A stretch of 64,000 nucleotides of DNA from Gammaproteobacteria bacterium. Its GTDB lineage: Bacteria; Pseudomonadota; Gammaproteobacteria; JBCCGL01. The position numbers were made by a program, and so were the translations under genes. The notes under the pieces are model-generated. The model was not told where the DNA came from. It was given only the letters and a program-made list of their open reading frames with translations, and did no database searches. The stretch is taken from positions 1,184,001 to 1,248,000 of the forward strand of contig OZ255836.1 in NCBI GenBank assembly GCA_965277715.1, in the 5' to 3' direction. Shown one piece after another: positions 28,589 through 39,338 of the stretch. The first letter of the stretch is position 1, and every line of letters starts with the position of its first letter.

Positions 28589-29722
28589 TTATGCTCGATC
28601 ATTTTTTATTGAGCGCCAGTACATAGATTGCTCAACCACCGCCAACAGACGCTGTACATCTTCGCCATAGACTTCGCCAATATTGCCGATACGGAAGGTA
28701 TCGGCACCCGATATCTTACCGGGATAAATAACAAAGCCCTGTTGTTTTAGGCGTTGGTAAAACGCCGTGAAGTTGTAAGCAGAGTGCTGCGGGCTATAAA
28801 AACTGGTAATGATGGGCGATTGGTTGGCACCGTCGAGCAATGTATCAAAACCCAACGCCCGCATACCGTCAACCAGTGCGCGCTGGTTATTATGATAACG
28901 CTGCGCCCGCGCCGCAATACCTCCTTCGGCCTCAAGTTCTTCCAACGCCTGTGCAAACGCACGCACCACATGCGTGGGCGAGGTGAAGCGCCATTTACCG
29001 CTGCCTTCCTGCATCACCTGCCATTGTTCGTATAGATCCAGGCTCAGGGAGCGCGCCCGGCCCTGTGTGCTGTGCATGGCCGCCTGGCGGGCGATGATAA
29101 ACCCAAAGCCCGGCACGCCTTGAATGCATTTGTTGGCGCTGCTGATAAGAAAGTCGGCCTGTAATTGCGCGGCATCCATCACCATACCGCCAAAACTGCT
29201 CATCGCATCAATGATATAGGTTTTACCGTGGGACTTAACGATCTCCCCGATGTCGCCAACCGGGTTGAGCATACCGGTAGTGGTTTCACAGTGCACGGCG
29301 GCAACGTGGGTTATATCATCATCAAAGTCGAGGGCAGAGCGCAGTTGATGTAAATCGGTGGGTGCCAGCTCACCGCTGTCATTAACCACCACAGGGATGC
29401 GCAAACAACGCGCCATTTGTGCAATGCGCTGACCGTAAGCGCCATTGGCCAATACCAATAATTTGCCGTTTTCAGGTATCGCCGAGCCGATAACTGACTC
29501 GACGCAAAAAGTGCCACTGCCCTGCATTAACACACACGTGTAGTCTTCACTGTCGGTCGCCAGGGTGACCAGTGTGCCGCGAATCGATTCGACAATGCTG
29601 TTGTAGTCGTTATCCCAGGTGCACCAGTCGCGCAGCATTTCTGCCTTGACTGTTTTACTGGTCGACAAGGGGCCGGGGGTGAGTAATAAATAGGGATTGT
29701 CGGGCAGTGTTTCAGGCTTCAC
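28589..29722 (-). CDS. phnW: 2-aminoethylphosphonate--pyruvate transaminase
   Basis: [43 protein letters not shown]. Confidence 0.95.
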   Translation of the reverse strand: MKPETLPDNPYLLLTPGPLSTSKTVKAEMLRDWCTWDNDYNSIVESIRGTLVTLATDSEDYTCVLMQGSGTFCVESVIGSAIPENGKLLVLANGAYGQRIAQMARCLRIPVVVNDSGELAPTDLHQLRSALDFDDDITHVAAVHCETTTGMLNPVGDIGEIVKSHGKTYIIDAMSSFGGMVMDAAQLQADFLISSANKCIQGVPGFGFIIARQAAMHSTQGRARSLSLDLYEQWQVMQEGSGKWRFTSPTHVVRAFAQALEELEAEGGIAARAQRYHNNQRALVDGMRALGFDTLLDGANQSPIITSFYSPQHSAYNFTAFYQRLKQQGFVIYPGKISGADTFRIGNIGEVYGEDVQRLLAVVEQSMYWRSIKNDRA

Positions 29723-29843
29723 TGGCTGGCTCCAGGTGTATTCCAGTTATGTTAAAGGGCGTTGAAAAATTACGGCGCTACTATAAAACCTTTATGACTT
29801 CCCTAAAAATCGATATTATCTATTTTTTTCATTGGTAAAATCG

Positions 29844-30698
29844 ATGAATAATTCACAGCTTCGCGCCTTTCATACGGTCGCCCACACGGGCAGTGTGACC
29901 AAGGCAGCGGATTATTTACACGTCACCCAGCCCACGGTATCCGACCATATCAAGGCATTGGAGACGCGCTATACGGTCAAATTGTTTGAACGGCGTGGCC
30001 GGGGCATTGCGCTGACCAGTCTGGGACATGCACTTTTTGCAATTACCCGCCGCAAGTTCAGCCTCGAAGCGGAGGCCGAGCAGTTGCTATCCTCGGCGCA
30101 GGGACTGACCAGCGGCACCCTGCGCGTCATCGCCGATGGGCCTTACTTGGTTTTGCCATTACTGGGAAAATTTCAACGCCACCACCCCAATATTGATTTG
30201 TCACTGCGGTTTGGCAATTCACACAAGGTACTGGAATCGCTGTTTGCACTGGAGGCAGATATCGCGATCCTGCCCGATGTAATCGACGACAAACGCCTGC
30301 ACATTGTGCCGTATAAGCAGGATCGATTGATGTGCATCGTCGAGCGCGGGCACGCTTTTACTAAGCGGCGCAGTATTCGCATCAATGAGTTTGCTGAACA
30401 GCGGCTGATCCTGCGCGAGCCAGGCTCACACACACGCCGATTGATCGACCACACCCTTAAACAGGCAGGGGTTCAATTACACAATACATTGGTTATCGGC
30501 AGCCGCGAGGGGGTGCGCGAGGCGGTTGCTAGTGGCTTGGGCATCGGGGTCGTATCGGAGAGTGAGATAGGCCAGGATCGCCGTATCCATGCACTCAGTA
30601 TTCGCGATGCCAATTTAAAGATCACCGAGTATTTCGTTTGCCTGAAAGAATCGCGCCCAACCCCCGTGGTGAAAGCGCTGTTTGATTTAATCGAATAA
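29844..30698 (+). CDS. LysR-family regulator of the AEP cluster (AepR-like)
   Basis: N-terminal LysR HTH (TQPTVS), RE.GS.TR; divergent from phnW. Confidence 0.88.
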   Translation: MNNSQLRAFHTVAHTGSVTKAADYLHVTQPTVSDHIKALETRYTVKLFERRGRGIALTSLGHALFAITRRKFSLEAEAEQLLSSAQGLTSGTLRVIADGPYLVLPLLGKFQRHHPNIDLSLRFGNSHKVLESLFALEADIAILPDVIDDKRLHIVPYKQDRLMCIVERGHAFTKRRSIRINEFAEQRLILREPGSHTRRLIDHTLKQAGVQLHNTLVIGSREGVREAVASGLGIGVVSESEIGQDRRIHALSIRDANLKITEYFVCLKESRPTPVVKALFDLIE

Positions 30699-30854
30699 AA
30701 ACAGCAGGCACACACCCGCAATAAACACAACCGCCCGCCAGGCGCGCATGGCCCGGTTAATCACGGCGTTTTACGCAAACGATATAGGCGAAGGGCGTCA
30801 GTTTATGAGAAGCTACCCTATCGAAACGTTACTATGATTGGGTAGAGCAAACAC

Positions 30855-31388
30855 ATGACACACGCTGTTAGCCAGGAACTGCTCGATGTAGTTGACATCG
30901 ACGATCACGTTATCGGGGTCAAAACACGCGGCGAGATCCACAGTGAAGGTCTGATGCACCGCGCAGTGCATATTTTGGTTTTCAATCAGCAGGGTGAGTT
31001 GTTTATCCAAAAGCGCTCCATGCTAAAAGATAACAACCCGGGGTTGTGGGACAGCTCCGCCGCCGGGCATGTCGATAGCGGCGAGGACTACGCTGGCTGC
31101 GCGCTACGCGAGCTCAATGAAGAACTGGGCATCACTGTCAACACCCCACTGTCAACGCTATTTCGGCTACCGCCAACAGCCATCACCGGCATGGAACACT
31201 GCATTGTCTACCACTGCTCACACAACGGCCCATTTGCCCTGCAAGCCGGGGAGATCGATGAGGGGCGGTGGGTCAGTGTCGATGAAATGGACCGGCGGGT
31301 CGCCGACAAAGACCCCAGCTTGACCGATGTTATACAGCTAATCTGGCGACAGTTTCGCCAGGAACATGGCCTAGACCCCATGTGTTAA
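30855..31388 (+). CDS. NUDIX hydrolase (IPP-isomerase/YfcD-like)
   Basis: Nudix box GHVDSGEDYAGCALRELNEELGI; HRAVHI..FN; QKRS. Confidence 0.85.
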   Translation: MTHAVSQELLDVVDIDDHVIGVKTRGEIHSEGLMHRAVHILVFNQQGELFIQKRSMLKDNNPGLWDSSAAGHVDSGEDYAGCALRELNEELGITVNTPLSTLFRLPPTAITGMEHCIVYHCSHNGPFALQAGEIDEGRWVSVDEMDRRVADKDPSLTDVIQLIWRQFRQEHGLDPMC

Positions 31389-31418
31389 CTTGCACACCAG
31401 TAAATACATGGGGTTCAG
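31371..31418. repeat. 48-bp palindromic repeat, copy 2 (opposite orientation)
   Basis: CTAGACCCCATGTGTTAACTTGCACACCAGTAAATACATGGGGTTCAG. Confidence 0.85.
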
Positions 31419-31557
31419 CGGCACTCAACTCAGAAACAAATTAGCACAATCAGTATTTTACTGTAGTATTGCTGGAAGAAGATCCCAATTGGTTAAGATA
31501 GAATTTATAGCGCAAAACCATATAGTGAGACTTACACAACCCCGGAGGAAATACCCG

Positions 31558-32595
31558 ATGATAAAAAAACTATTGAAAAAACAGGCCGCTATTGCCTGCA
31601 TCACCGCTGTTTCGGCACTGACCTTTGGTCAGCCCACCCTGGCGGCGACCGAGCTAACTGTTTACACCGCTGTTGAGGCCGAGGATCTGGCCCGTTACGC
31701 CGAATCGTTCAATGAGGATCACCCGGATATCAAAATCAAATGGGTGCGCGACTCAACCGGCATCGTCACCGCAAAGCTCCTGGCAGAAAAAAACAACCCA
31801 CAGGCAGATGTTGTTTGGGGCCTGGCCGCCACGTCACTGTTGTTGTTAAAAAGTGAAGGTATGCTGGAGCCTTATGCACCCAAAGGCGTCGAGGCGCTGG
31901 ACAAAAAATTTGTCGATAAAGGTGATGTACCCTCTTGGGTGGGAATGGACGCCTGGGTGGCCGCCATTTGCTACAACACCGTGGAGGCGGCCAAGCACAA
32001 CCTGACACCACCAAAAACCTGGAAAGACCTGTTAAACCCTATGTACAAGGGTCACTTGATTATGCCTAATCCGAATTCATCCGGCACCGGCTTTCTCGAT
32101 GTATCCAGTTGGTTGCAGATGTTTGGTGAGCAAGGCGGCTGGCGTTTTATGGACGGCCTGCACGACAACATCGCACGCTATACACACTCGGGTTCCAAGC
32201 CCTGTAAATTAGCGGCTGCCGGTGAGATTCCGATTGGTATCTCCTTCGCTTTTCGCGGCGCAAAGTCAAAGGCCAAAGGCGCACCGATTGACATCATCGT
32301 CCCTGAAGAGGGTGTGGGCTGGGATATGGAAGCCACCGCAATTATCGCTGGCACCGACAAACAGGCAGCGGCGCAAACACTGGTCGATTGGTCGATCACC
32401 AAAAAAGCGAACCAGATGTACAACAAGGGTTACGCTGTCGTTGCCTACCCTGGTATTGCCAAGCCGGTTGAGCATTTCCCCAGCAACCTGCTGGAAAAAA
32501 TGATCGACAACGATTTTGAATTTGCCGCCAATAACCGCAAGGCTATTCTGAGCGAATGGCAAAAGCGCTACGATTCAAAATCAGAACCAAAATAG
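31558..32595 (+). CDS. Putative 2-AEP ABC transporter substrate-binding protein (AepX-like)
   Basis: Signal peptide, VYTA.E, WVRDSTG, MPNPNSSGTG, YTHSGSKPC; GGAGG SD. Confidence 0.88.
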   Translation: MIKKLLKKQAAIACITAVSALTFGQPTLAATELTVYTAVEAEDLARYAESFNEDHPDIKIKWVRDSTGIVTAKLLAEKNNPQADVVWGLAATSLLLLKSEGMLEPYAPKGVEALDKKFVDKGDVPSWVGMDAWVAAICYNTVEAAKHNLTPPKTWKDLLNPMYKGHLIMPNPNSSGTGFLDVSSWLQMFGEQGGWRFMDGLHDNIARYTHSGSKPCKLAAAGEIPIGISFAFRGAKSKAKGAPIDIIVPEEGVGWDMEATAIIAGTDKQAAAQTLVDWSITKKANQMYNKGYAVVAYPGIAKPVEHFPSNLLEKMIDNDFEFAANNRKAILSEWQKRYDSKSEPK

Positions 32596-32613
32596 CATTT
32601 ACCGCTAAACCCG

Positions 32614-32637
32614 TTCCCCCTCTCTAAAGAGGGGGAA
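32614..32637 (+). terminator. Intercistronic hairpin after the substrate-binding gene
   Basis: TTCCCCCTCT-CTAA-AGAGGGGGAA. Confidence 0.55.
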
Positions 32638-32670
32638 TGTTCACTGCCACCCTATAGATCACAACCATCC

Positions 32671-33792
32671 ATGCACTCTCCACGGCCCTATTTACAAATC
32701 GATCGCCTGAGTAAAAAATTTGGTGATTTCGTTGCGCTTGACGAGGTATCACTCGACGTTGTTGAAGGCGAATTTATTTGTTTTCTTGGCCCATCGGGTT
32801 GTGGCAAGACCACCTTCCTGCGCGCTATCGCCGGGCTGGATATCCAGACCTCCGGGACGGTTCAACAGGCGGGTAACGATATATCGGCACTGCCGCCATC
32901 AGAGCGGGATTTTGGTATCGTCTTTCAATCCTATGCGCTGTTTCCCAATTTGACCGTAGAAAAAAATATCGCCTTTGGTCTGGAAAACCAAAAGATAGAC
33001 AAGCTTGATATTACCAGGCGCGTCGCTGAACTACTGGCGCTCGTCGGCCTGCCCGAGCAGGGCAAAAAATACCCCGCACAGCTTTCCGGTGGCCAACAAC
33101 AACGCATTGCACTGGCCAGGGCACTGGCCACCTCGCCGGGGTTATTGTTACTCGACGAACCGCTCTCAGCGCTCGATGCCAAGGTGCGCACCCATTTGCG
33201 CCATGAAATGAAAACCCTGCAGCGGCGGCTGGGCGTGACCACTATCATGGTAACCCACGACCAGGAAGAGGCACTGACGATGGCTGACCGTATCGTCGTG
33301 ATGAACCACGGTGTGATAGAGCAGGTCGGCACGCCCACAGAAATCTACCGTGAACCCAAAACCCTGTTTGTCGCCGATTTTATTGGTGAGATGAATCAGT
33401 TTAGCGGGAAAACAGTCAGCGAAAACAGTGTTAGCCTGGGCAACAGGGTATTGACGTCACAGCAAAATGCACTACAACCCGGCCAAACGGCAACGCTGGC
33501 GATTCGACCGGAGGACATCATCCCCCACGGTGAAGGGGCGCGCTCACCCGGCGCACCCGATAATGTCGCAGAGACAGATAATGTGTTTGACGCGACTGTC
33601 GAAGATATGGAGTTCCTGGGGTCATTTTGGCGCGTTTCACTGTGTAATGAGACGCTGGGCGATGTGACCTTAGCGGCGGATATGTCGATTAACGCCGTGC
33701 GACGTATGAACATAGCCGTAGGGGAATCGGTAACGCTGGAGCTACCGGCAGACAGGCTATGGGTGTTTCCCAGCAGTATCGGTAGTGCCTGA
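32671..33792 (+). CDS. Putative 2-AEP ABC transporter ATP-binding protein
   Basis: GPSGCGKTT, LSGGQQQR, LLLDEP, TOBE-like C-terminus. Confidence 0.92.
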   Translation: MHSPRPYLQIDRLSKKFGDFVALDEVSLDVVEGEFICFLGPSGCGKTTFLRAIAGLDIQTSGTVQQAGNDISALPPSERDFGIVFQSYALFPNLTVEKNIAFGLENQKIDKLDITRRVAELLALVGLPEQGKKYPAQLSGGQQQRIALARALATSPGLLLLDEPLSALDAKVRTHLRHEMKTLQRRLGVTTIMVTHDQEEALTMADRIVVMNHGVIEQVGTPTEIYREPKTLFVADFIGEMNQFSGKTVSENSVSLGNRVLTSQQNALQPGQTATLAIRPEDIIPHGEGARSPGAPDNVAETDNVFDATVEDMEFLGSFWRVSLCNETLGDVTLAADMSINAVRRMNIAVGESVTLELPADRLWVFPSSIGSA

Positions 33793-35804
33793 TGAACCCT
33801 GCCACGGCAACCGACCACCGGCCCATAGCGCCACTCATTACCCCTAAAACCAGCAAGGATGACCGCATTATGACCGGCTATATGCTGGTTATCGGTCTGT
33901 ACCTGATCATTGCCCTGGCATTGCCTTTGTACGCGATGTTATCGAAATCATTTTCGACATTCGCCTTTGATCTCGGCAACTTTGAGTTTCAGGTGAACAC
34001 AGGGGATGGTTGGAGTGAACCTGTCAGCGCATTGTCACTCAACCAACAGCTAAACCTTGTCACCGCTGAAGAACTCGCGACCAGCTCCGACGGCAGATTG
34101 TCGGTGACCACTTTTTTTCCCGATTTCAGTTTTCGCAGCTCCACCCGCTACAAGCTGCGCCAGATCAATGCCGACAGTGCGTTTCTCGTCGGTAGCGAGC
34201 GCGTCGCCGATACACAGTGGCACGAATTTGAATCGAACCAATTCAGGCGCGTCGTGCTGCGCCCATCGCGCTCGACCGGGCTGGATAACTACCGTGCCTA
34301 TTTCTCGACCCCCTCGCTGTTTCGCTCGATTGAAAATTCGCTGTTTATCGCCGCGATCAGCACTGTCATTACCGTTGCACTGGCGTTTGGTTTTGCCTAC
34401 GCCCTGACGCGCAGTACCATGCGCTTTAAAGGCGTATTCAGGCTTATCGCCATGGCACCTATTTTAGTCCCCTCGCTGTTGCCGGGCATCGCGCTGGTTT
34501 ACCTGTTTGGCAATCAGGGAATGCTCAAGGCGCTGCTGCTGGGAGAGTCGATATACGGCCCTATCGGTATTGTCATCGGCTCGGTGTTTTTCACCTTTCC
34601 ACACGCCTTGATTATCATTACCACCGCACTGGCTATTTCTGATGCCCGCCTCTACGAAGCGGCTATTTCCCTGCGCGCCAACCGTTGGAAAACCTTTTGG
34701 ACGGTGACGATTCCCGGTGCGCGTTACGGGCTAATTTCAGCGGCATTTGTCGTTTTTAACCTGGTGATCACCGACTTTGGCCTGCCCAAGGTGATCGGTG
34801 GGCAATACAATATGCTCGCGGTGGACATCTACAAACAAGTCATCGGTCAGCAAAATTTTGAGATGGGTGCCGTCGTTTCTGTTGTGCTGTTGATTCCCGC
34901 ACTACTGGCATTCACTATTGACCGGGTTGTACAGAAAAAACAAGTGGCCCTGCTCTCGTCCAGGTCTGTGCCCTATCAACCAAGGCCGCACCGGCAATTT
35001 GATTTCATCTGTTTGTTCTACTGTCTGTTGGTAGCAGTATTTATCGTTGGCCTGGTCGCTGTCTGTCAGTATGCCGCGCTGATAAAATTCTGGCCGTATG
35101 ATTTAAGCTTAAGCCTGGTCAATTACAATTTTGAGGTAATGGATGGCGGTGGTTGGGGTTCGTATTTCAATTCCATACGCCTGGCGTTATTCACGGCGGT
35201 AGCGGGTACTGTGTTGGTTTTTTGTGGTGCTTATATGGTGGAGAAAACCAACGGTTTTTTTGCCACCCGCTCGGCCTTTCAGTTTCTCGCCATGATGCCG
35301 ATGGCGATTCCCGGCATGGTATTGGGCCTGGCGTATATCTTTTTCTTTAACGACCCTGCCAATCCATTGAACAGCCTTTATGCGACGATGGGTATTTTGG
35401 TGATTTGTACTGTCACGCACTTTTATACTGTTTCTCACCTGACAGCCGTCACCGCATTAAAGCAAATGGACAAAGAGTTCGAATCGGTTGCCTCCTCGCT
35501 GAAACAACCGTTTTATAAATTGTTCTCCAAGGTCACTGTGCCCGTGTGTTTACCGGCGATACTGGATATTTCTATTTATTTATTTGTCAATGCAATGACA
35601 ACTGTGTCGGCGGTGATTTTCCTGTATTCGCCAGATACGACGCTGGCATCCGTGGCGGTGTTGAATATGGATGATGCCGGTGATGTGGCGCCCGCTGCGG
35701 CGATGGGGATGATGATTTTTTATACCAATGTAACAGCGCGTGTTATCCACCTTTTTATTACCCGTAAGGTTATGGGCAGGACACAAGCCTGGCGTATGCA
35801 TTAG
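33792..35804 (+). CDS. Putative 2-AEP ABC transporter permease (double domain)
   Basis: Two permease repeats, LYEAA loop, many TM segments. Confidence 0.9.
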   Translation: MNPATATDHRPIAPLITPKTSKDDRIMTGYMLVIGLYLIIALALPLYAMLSKSFSTFAFDLGNFEFQVNTGDGWSEPVSALSLNQQLNLVTAEELATSSDGRLSVTTFFPDFSFRSSTRYKLRQINADSAFLVGSERVADTQWHEFESNQFRRVVLRPSRSTGLDNYRAYFSTPSLFRSIENSLFIAAISTVITVALAFGFAYALTRSTMRFKGVFRLIAMAPILVPSLLPGIALVYLFGNQGMLKALLLGESIYGPIGIVIGSVFFTFPHALIIITTALAISDARLYEAAISLRANRWKTFWTVTIPGARYGLISAAFVVFNLVITDFGLPKVIGGQYNMLAVDIYKQVIGQQNFEMGAVVSVVLLIPALLAFTIDRVVQKKQVALLSSRSVPYQPRPHRQFDFICLFYCLLVAVFIVGLVAVCQYAALIKFWPYDLSLSLVNYNFEVMDGGGWGSYFNSIRLALFTAVAGTVLVFCGAYMVEKTNGFFATRSAFQFLAMMPMAIPGMVLGLAYIFFFNDPANPLNSLYATMGILVICTVTHFYTVSHLTAVTALKQMDKEFESVASSLKQPFYKLFSKVTVPVCLPAILDISIYLFVNAMTTVSAVIFLYSPDTTLASVAVLNMDDAGDVAPAAAMGMMIFYTNVTARVIHLFITRKVMGRTQAWRMH

Positions 35805-35870
35805 TTGTAAGTGGTAGCGTAGGGTTCAGATCAGACAAAACCTAGCTTAAGTGTAAGTGTCAAATATAGA

Positions 35871-37523
35871 CTACTGTCGCAAGCGACTACTACGCAACTG
35901 CCCCGCCTCCTCCAGTATCGGATAAGCCACCGAGACAAGGTGCGAGTTAACCCGTTTTAAATCGCGCAGCACATCCAACTGTAATGCGCTTAATTCCGCG
36001 TTGTAACTCACATCCTCGCGGAGTTTTTTCAGGTGGTTGGTGGTCGCCTGTCGTTCGAGCTTTCGGTATTTGTACTTGCGGGCCACGAGTTGGCGTGCCA
36101 TCTCAACATTGCCACTCATAAAAACCCCCAATGAAAGCCGAAAATTTTCCAACACAGGTTGATACAGACTATTGATATCCTCGCGATCCTGTAGTGACAT
36201 TTTCGCCCGCGTTTCGACTTTCTTGCGCACGATGTTATCGATCATATTCACGGCGATAATATCGCCAATATGTTCGAGATTAGTCGTGAACGTGAGGATA
36301 TCCGAGCAGCGTTTGCTCTCTGCCTCGCCGAGAGATTCACGGCTAAGCTTGGTCAAATACAATTTAATCGCATCGTAAAAGACATCGATCACATCATCGA
36401 GTTGATTGGTATAGCGGGCGAGATCCTTATCATTCTTTTTTAACGCGATAAAGGCATTGCGAAACATTCGCTCGACTATTTCACCCATGCGCAACGCTTC
36501 CCGTTCAGCATTAATCAAGGCAACCGGCGGGGTTTCAAAGGCAGAGCGATCCAGGTACATCGGTTTAAATTCATTGTCCTTGCTTTCTTCGGCGGGTATC
36601 AACCGCTCAGTAACCCGGGTCATCGCGCTCACTAACGGCAGAAAAATAATCGCCAGTGCAATATTGAATGCCGTGTGAAAATTCGCTATCTGGCGGCTGC
36701 TCTCAGTGCCCAGTGTCGGCATTAAATCGACAAACAGGTTAATAAACGGCAGCGCAACAATCACCCCTATCAACCGGAACAACAGATTACCCAATGGCGG
36801 GCGGCGCGCTTCCGGCTCGGCACCCAGGGTAGCCATCAAGGGGGGAATAGCGCCACCCACATTGGCGCCGAGCACCAACGCAAAAGACAGCGGTATGTTG
36901 ATAACACCCGTACCGGCGAGCGCAATAATCAATAATACTGTGGCCAGGCTGGAATGCGCCGCCCAGGCAATCAATGCCGCAACAAGTGTCGCAAACAGAA
37001 GATCCTGACTCAACGAGGCAAGCAATGCCTGCACGACCTCTGAATCACGCATCGGCAATGATGCCGCTACGATCAACTTCAGCGCCAGCAGCATTAAACC
37101 AAGCCCCAACGCTATTCTGCCAATTTCACGCGTGCGTCCCCCGCCTTTGGAATACGAAAAAAGGGCGACACCCAAGGCAATCAGCGCGGGAGATAAAACC
37201 GATAAATCGAAGGTGAGGAGTTGTGCCACCAGTGTCGTACCGACATCGGCACCGAGTAGCACGGCCAGTGCAGGCGCCGTGGCGAGCAAACCCTGACCAC
37301 TAAATGACGCGGTGAGCAGTGCTGTTGCACTACTGCTCTGTAATAAGACAGTGACGCCAAGGCCGGCAAAAAAAGCATTAAATCGACTGGAGAGGCTCCG
37401 ACCAAGTAAGCGGCGTACCTCACTTCCCCAACCGTCAGTCACACCGATACGCACCAGACGCAACCCCCAAAGCAGCAACGCGACGCCGCCCATCAGGTTA
37501 ACCAATACTGCACTGCCGTTAAT
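35871..37523 (-). CDS. Na/Pi cotransporter family protein with PhoU-like domain
   Basis: QSSSAT, GADVGTT, HSSLA, GANVG motifs. Start uncertain (ATT 37523 or TTG 37505). Confidence 0.9.
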   Translation of the reverse strand: MNGSAVLVNLMGGVALLLWGLRLVRIGVTDGWGSEVRRLLGRSLSSRFNAFFAGLGVTVLLQSSSATALLTASFSGQGLLATAPALAVLLGADVGTTLVAQLLTFDLSVLSPALIALGVALFSYSKGGGRTREIGRIALGLGLMLLALKLIVAASLPMRDSEVVQALLASLSQDLLFATLVAALIAWAAHSSLATVLLIIALAGTGVINIPLSFALVLGANVGGAIPPLMATLGAEPEARRPPLGNLLFRLIGVIVALPFINLFVDLMPTLGTESSRQIANFHTAFNIALAIIFLPLVSAMTRVTERLIPAEESKDNEFKPMYLDRSAFETPPVALINAEREALRMGEIVERMFRNAFIALKKNDKDLARYTNQLDDVIDVFYDAIKLYLTKLSRESLGEAESKRCSDILTFTTNLEHIGDIIAVNMIDNIVRKKVETRAKMSLQDREDINSLYQPVLENFRLSLGVFMSGNVEMARQLVARKYKYRKLERQATTNHLKKLREDVSYNAELSALQLDVLRDLKRVNSHLVSVAYPILEEAGQLRSSRLRQ

Positions 37524-37697
37524 CGTTGATGCTCCGTAAGCGTTATTTTAATTAAAGCGAATAGTAATAATAATGCATTAAAACCAGAACGGTTTTAATC
37601 TAAAGTCATCTAAACATTAGCATTATAGCGTTTAAAGCAATTATTTTTCTGTATTTTTCATGCAATATGTCACACTAACAAATATATTGCGCGCTTA

Positions 37698-39053
37698 TCA
37701 GGTTTCATCCTCACTGCCATCCGGTAATTTTTTTTGCACTTTAGCGCCCAGTTGTTCAATTTTTCGTGCACGCCCCACCAGGTTTCCCCTGCCGGTTTCA
37801 AGTTTCTTTTTCGCTTCCTGATACGTTGTGGCAGCCACATCAATCTGCCGACCCAATTTATCCAGGTCATCAACAAAGTTGACAAATTTATCCAGCATAT
37901 TGCCCGCCTGGCGGGATATTTCATGTGCATTTTTACTCTGCGAATCAGACCGCCAGATATTCTGCACAGTACGGCAGGCCATCAATAAAGTGGTGGGGCT
38001 GACAATAAAAATATTCTTTTCGTATGCCTCCTGAAAAATATCGGGTGCCTGTGAAAAAGCGGTATGCAAGGCGGGCTCTATCGGTACAAATAGCAAGACA
38101 AAATCCAGTGTATTAATACCCTCCAGCGTTTGGTAAGACTTTTCACTGAGTGACTTGACATGCAGCCGCAATGACTGCACATGGCGCTTGATCGCCGCAT
38201 CACGCGCCTCACCCGGCGCCAGCGACATGGCCTCTTCATAGGCGGTCAATGAGACCTTGGAATCGACAATCAAGTCGTGCTTATCCGGCATATGGATCAC
38301 GACATCGGGCCTCGAATGCCCGCCCTCTTCCCGGTTTAACTGCACTTCACGGTGAAACTCTTCACCTTCGCGCAGACCGGCGTCTTCGAGAATGCGCTCT
38401 AAAACAATCTCGCCCCAGTTGCCCCGCGTTTTACTTTCACCTTTCAACGCATTGGTCAGGTTAATCGCATCCTGGCTGATGCGTTCGTTAAGCCCTTTGA
38501 GGTGCAGTATTTCATTGGCAAGCTGCGCCCGGTCTTTGGTTTCTTTGTCGTAAACGTCTTCCACGCGCTTTTTAAAATCACCCAATTGCTGGCGCAGTGG
38601 GCTTAATATATTGTCGATGTTTTGCCGGTTTTGGTGGGTGAATTTTTCACTCTTTTCATCGAGAATTTTTTGTGCCAGGTTTTCAAACGTCTCTTTTAGT
38701 TGTTCTTTTTGTTGTTGCTGAACATGCAACTTCTCTGTGGTTTGTCTGCGCTCCGCTGCCAGCTCGGTTGTCAGGGAGGCAACCCTGGCCTGCAAATCGC
38801 CACTTGTCTGGTTAGTCGTTTTCAGTTCAATACGCAGTGTATCAATCGTCTGTTGCGCATTGCCAAGTTGTGATTCGCGCTCTGCCAGGCGCTCACTGGC
38901 ATGTTTGTTAGCCGCTGTCTGCAATGTCAGCAATGCATTGTATTTGCCTTTAAAAAAAACAATTGACACGACAGCCGTGAACAGCAAACCAATTGCCATA
39001 CCTATCAACAAAATATAAAGCGGTGGTAGTACATTTAAGTCGGTCAACACCAT
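37698..39053 (-). CDS. rmuC: DNA recombination protein RmuC
   Basis: [36 protein letters not shown]. Confidence 0.92.
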   Translation of the reverse strand: MVLTDLNVLPPLYILLIGMAIGLLFTAVVSIVFFKGKYNALLTLQTAANKHASERLAERESQLGNAQQTIDTLRIELKTTNQTSGDLQARVASLTTELAAERRQTTEKLHVQQQQKEQLKETFENLAQKILDEKSEKFTHQNRQNIDNILSPLRQQLGDFKKRVEDVYDKETKDRAQLANEILHLKGLNERISQDAINLTNALKGESKTRGNWGEIVLERILEDAGLREGEEFHREVQLNREEGGHSRPDVVIHMPDKHDLIVDSKVSLTAYEEAMSLAPGEARDAAIKRHVQSLRLHVKSLSEKSYQTLEGINTLDFVLLFVPIEPALHTAFSQAPDIFQEAYEKNIFIVSPTTLLMACRTVQNIWRSDSQSKNAHEISRQAGNMLDKFVNFVDDLDKLGRQIDVAATTYQEAKKKLETGRGNLVGRARKIEQLGAKVQKKLPDGSEDET

Positions 39054-39141
39054 AGGGAGGAGTACCTTAAAAAGTAGTCGGTTTCCATTATCAGACTGGC
39101 TTATAATGGTAAAAGCTAATGATACATTACTGTACAAAACC

Positions 39142-39327
39142 ATGAACAAACAGTTATTAGAAATCCTCGTTTGCCCGGTAACTAAAACGCGGTTAGTTCA
39201 CAAGCGCGACGAATTGTGGAATCACGCCAGTGGCCTGGCCTACCCGATACGCAACAGTATCCCGGTAATGCTGGAAGACGAGGCGAGGCATCTGACATTA
39301 GAAGAAGTCGAATCGATAAAACCCTGA
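39142..39327 (+). CDS. Trm112/YcaR family protein
   Basis: [15 protein letters not shown]...[18 protein letters not shown]. Confidence 0.88.
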   Translation: MNKQLLEILVCPVTKTRLVHKRDELWNHASGLAYPIRNSIPVMLEDEARHLTLEEVESIKP

Positions 39328-39338
39328 CACATTCGATA

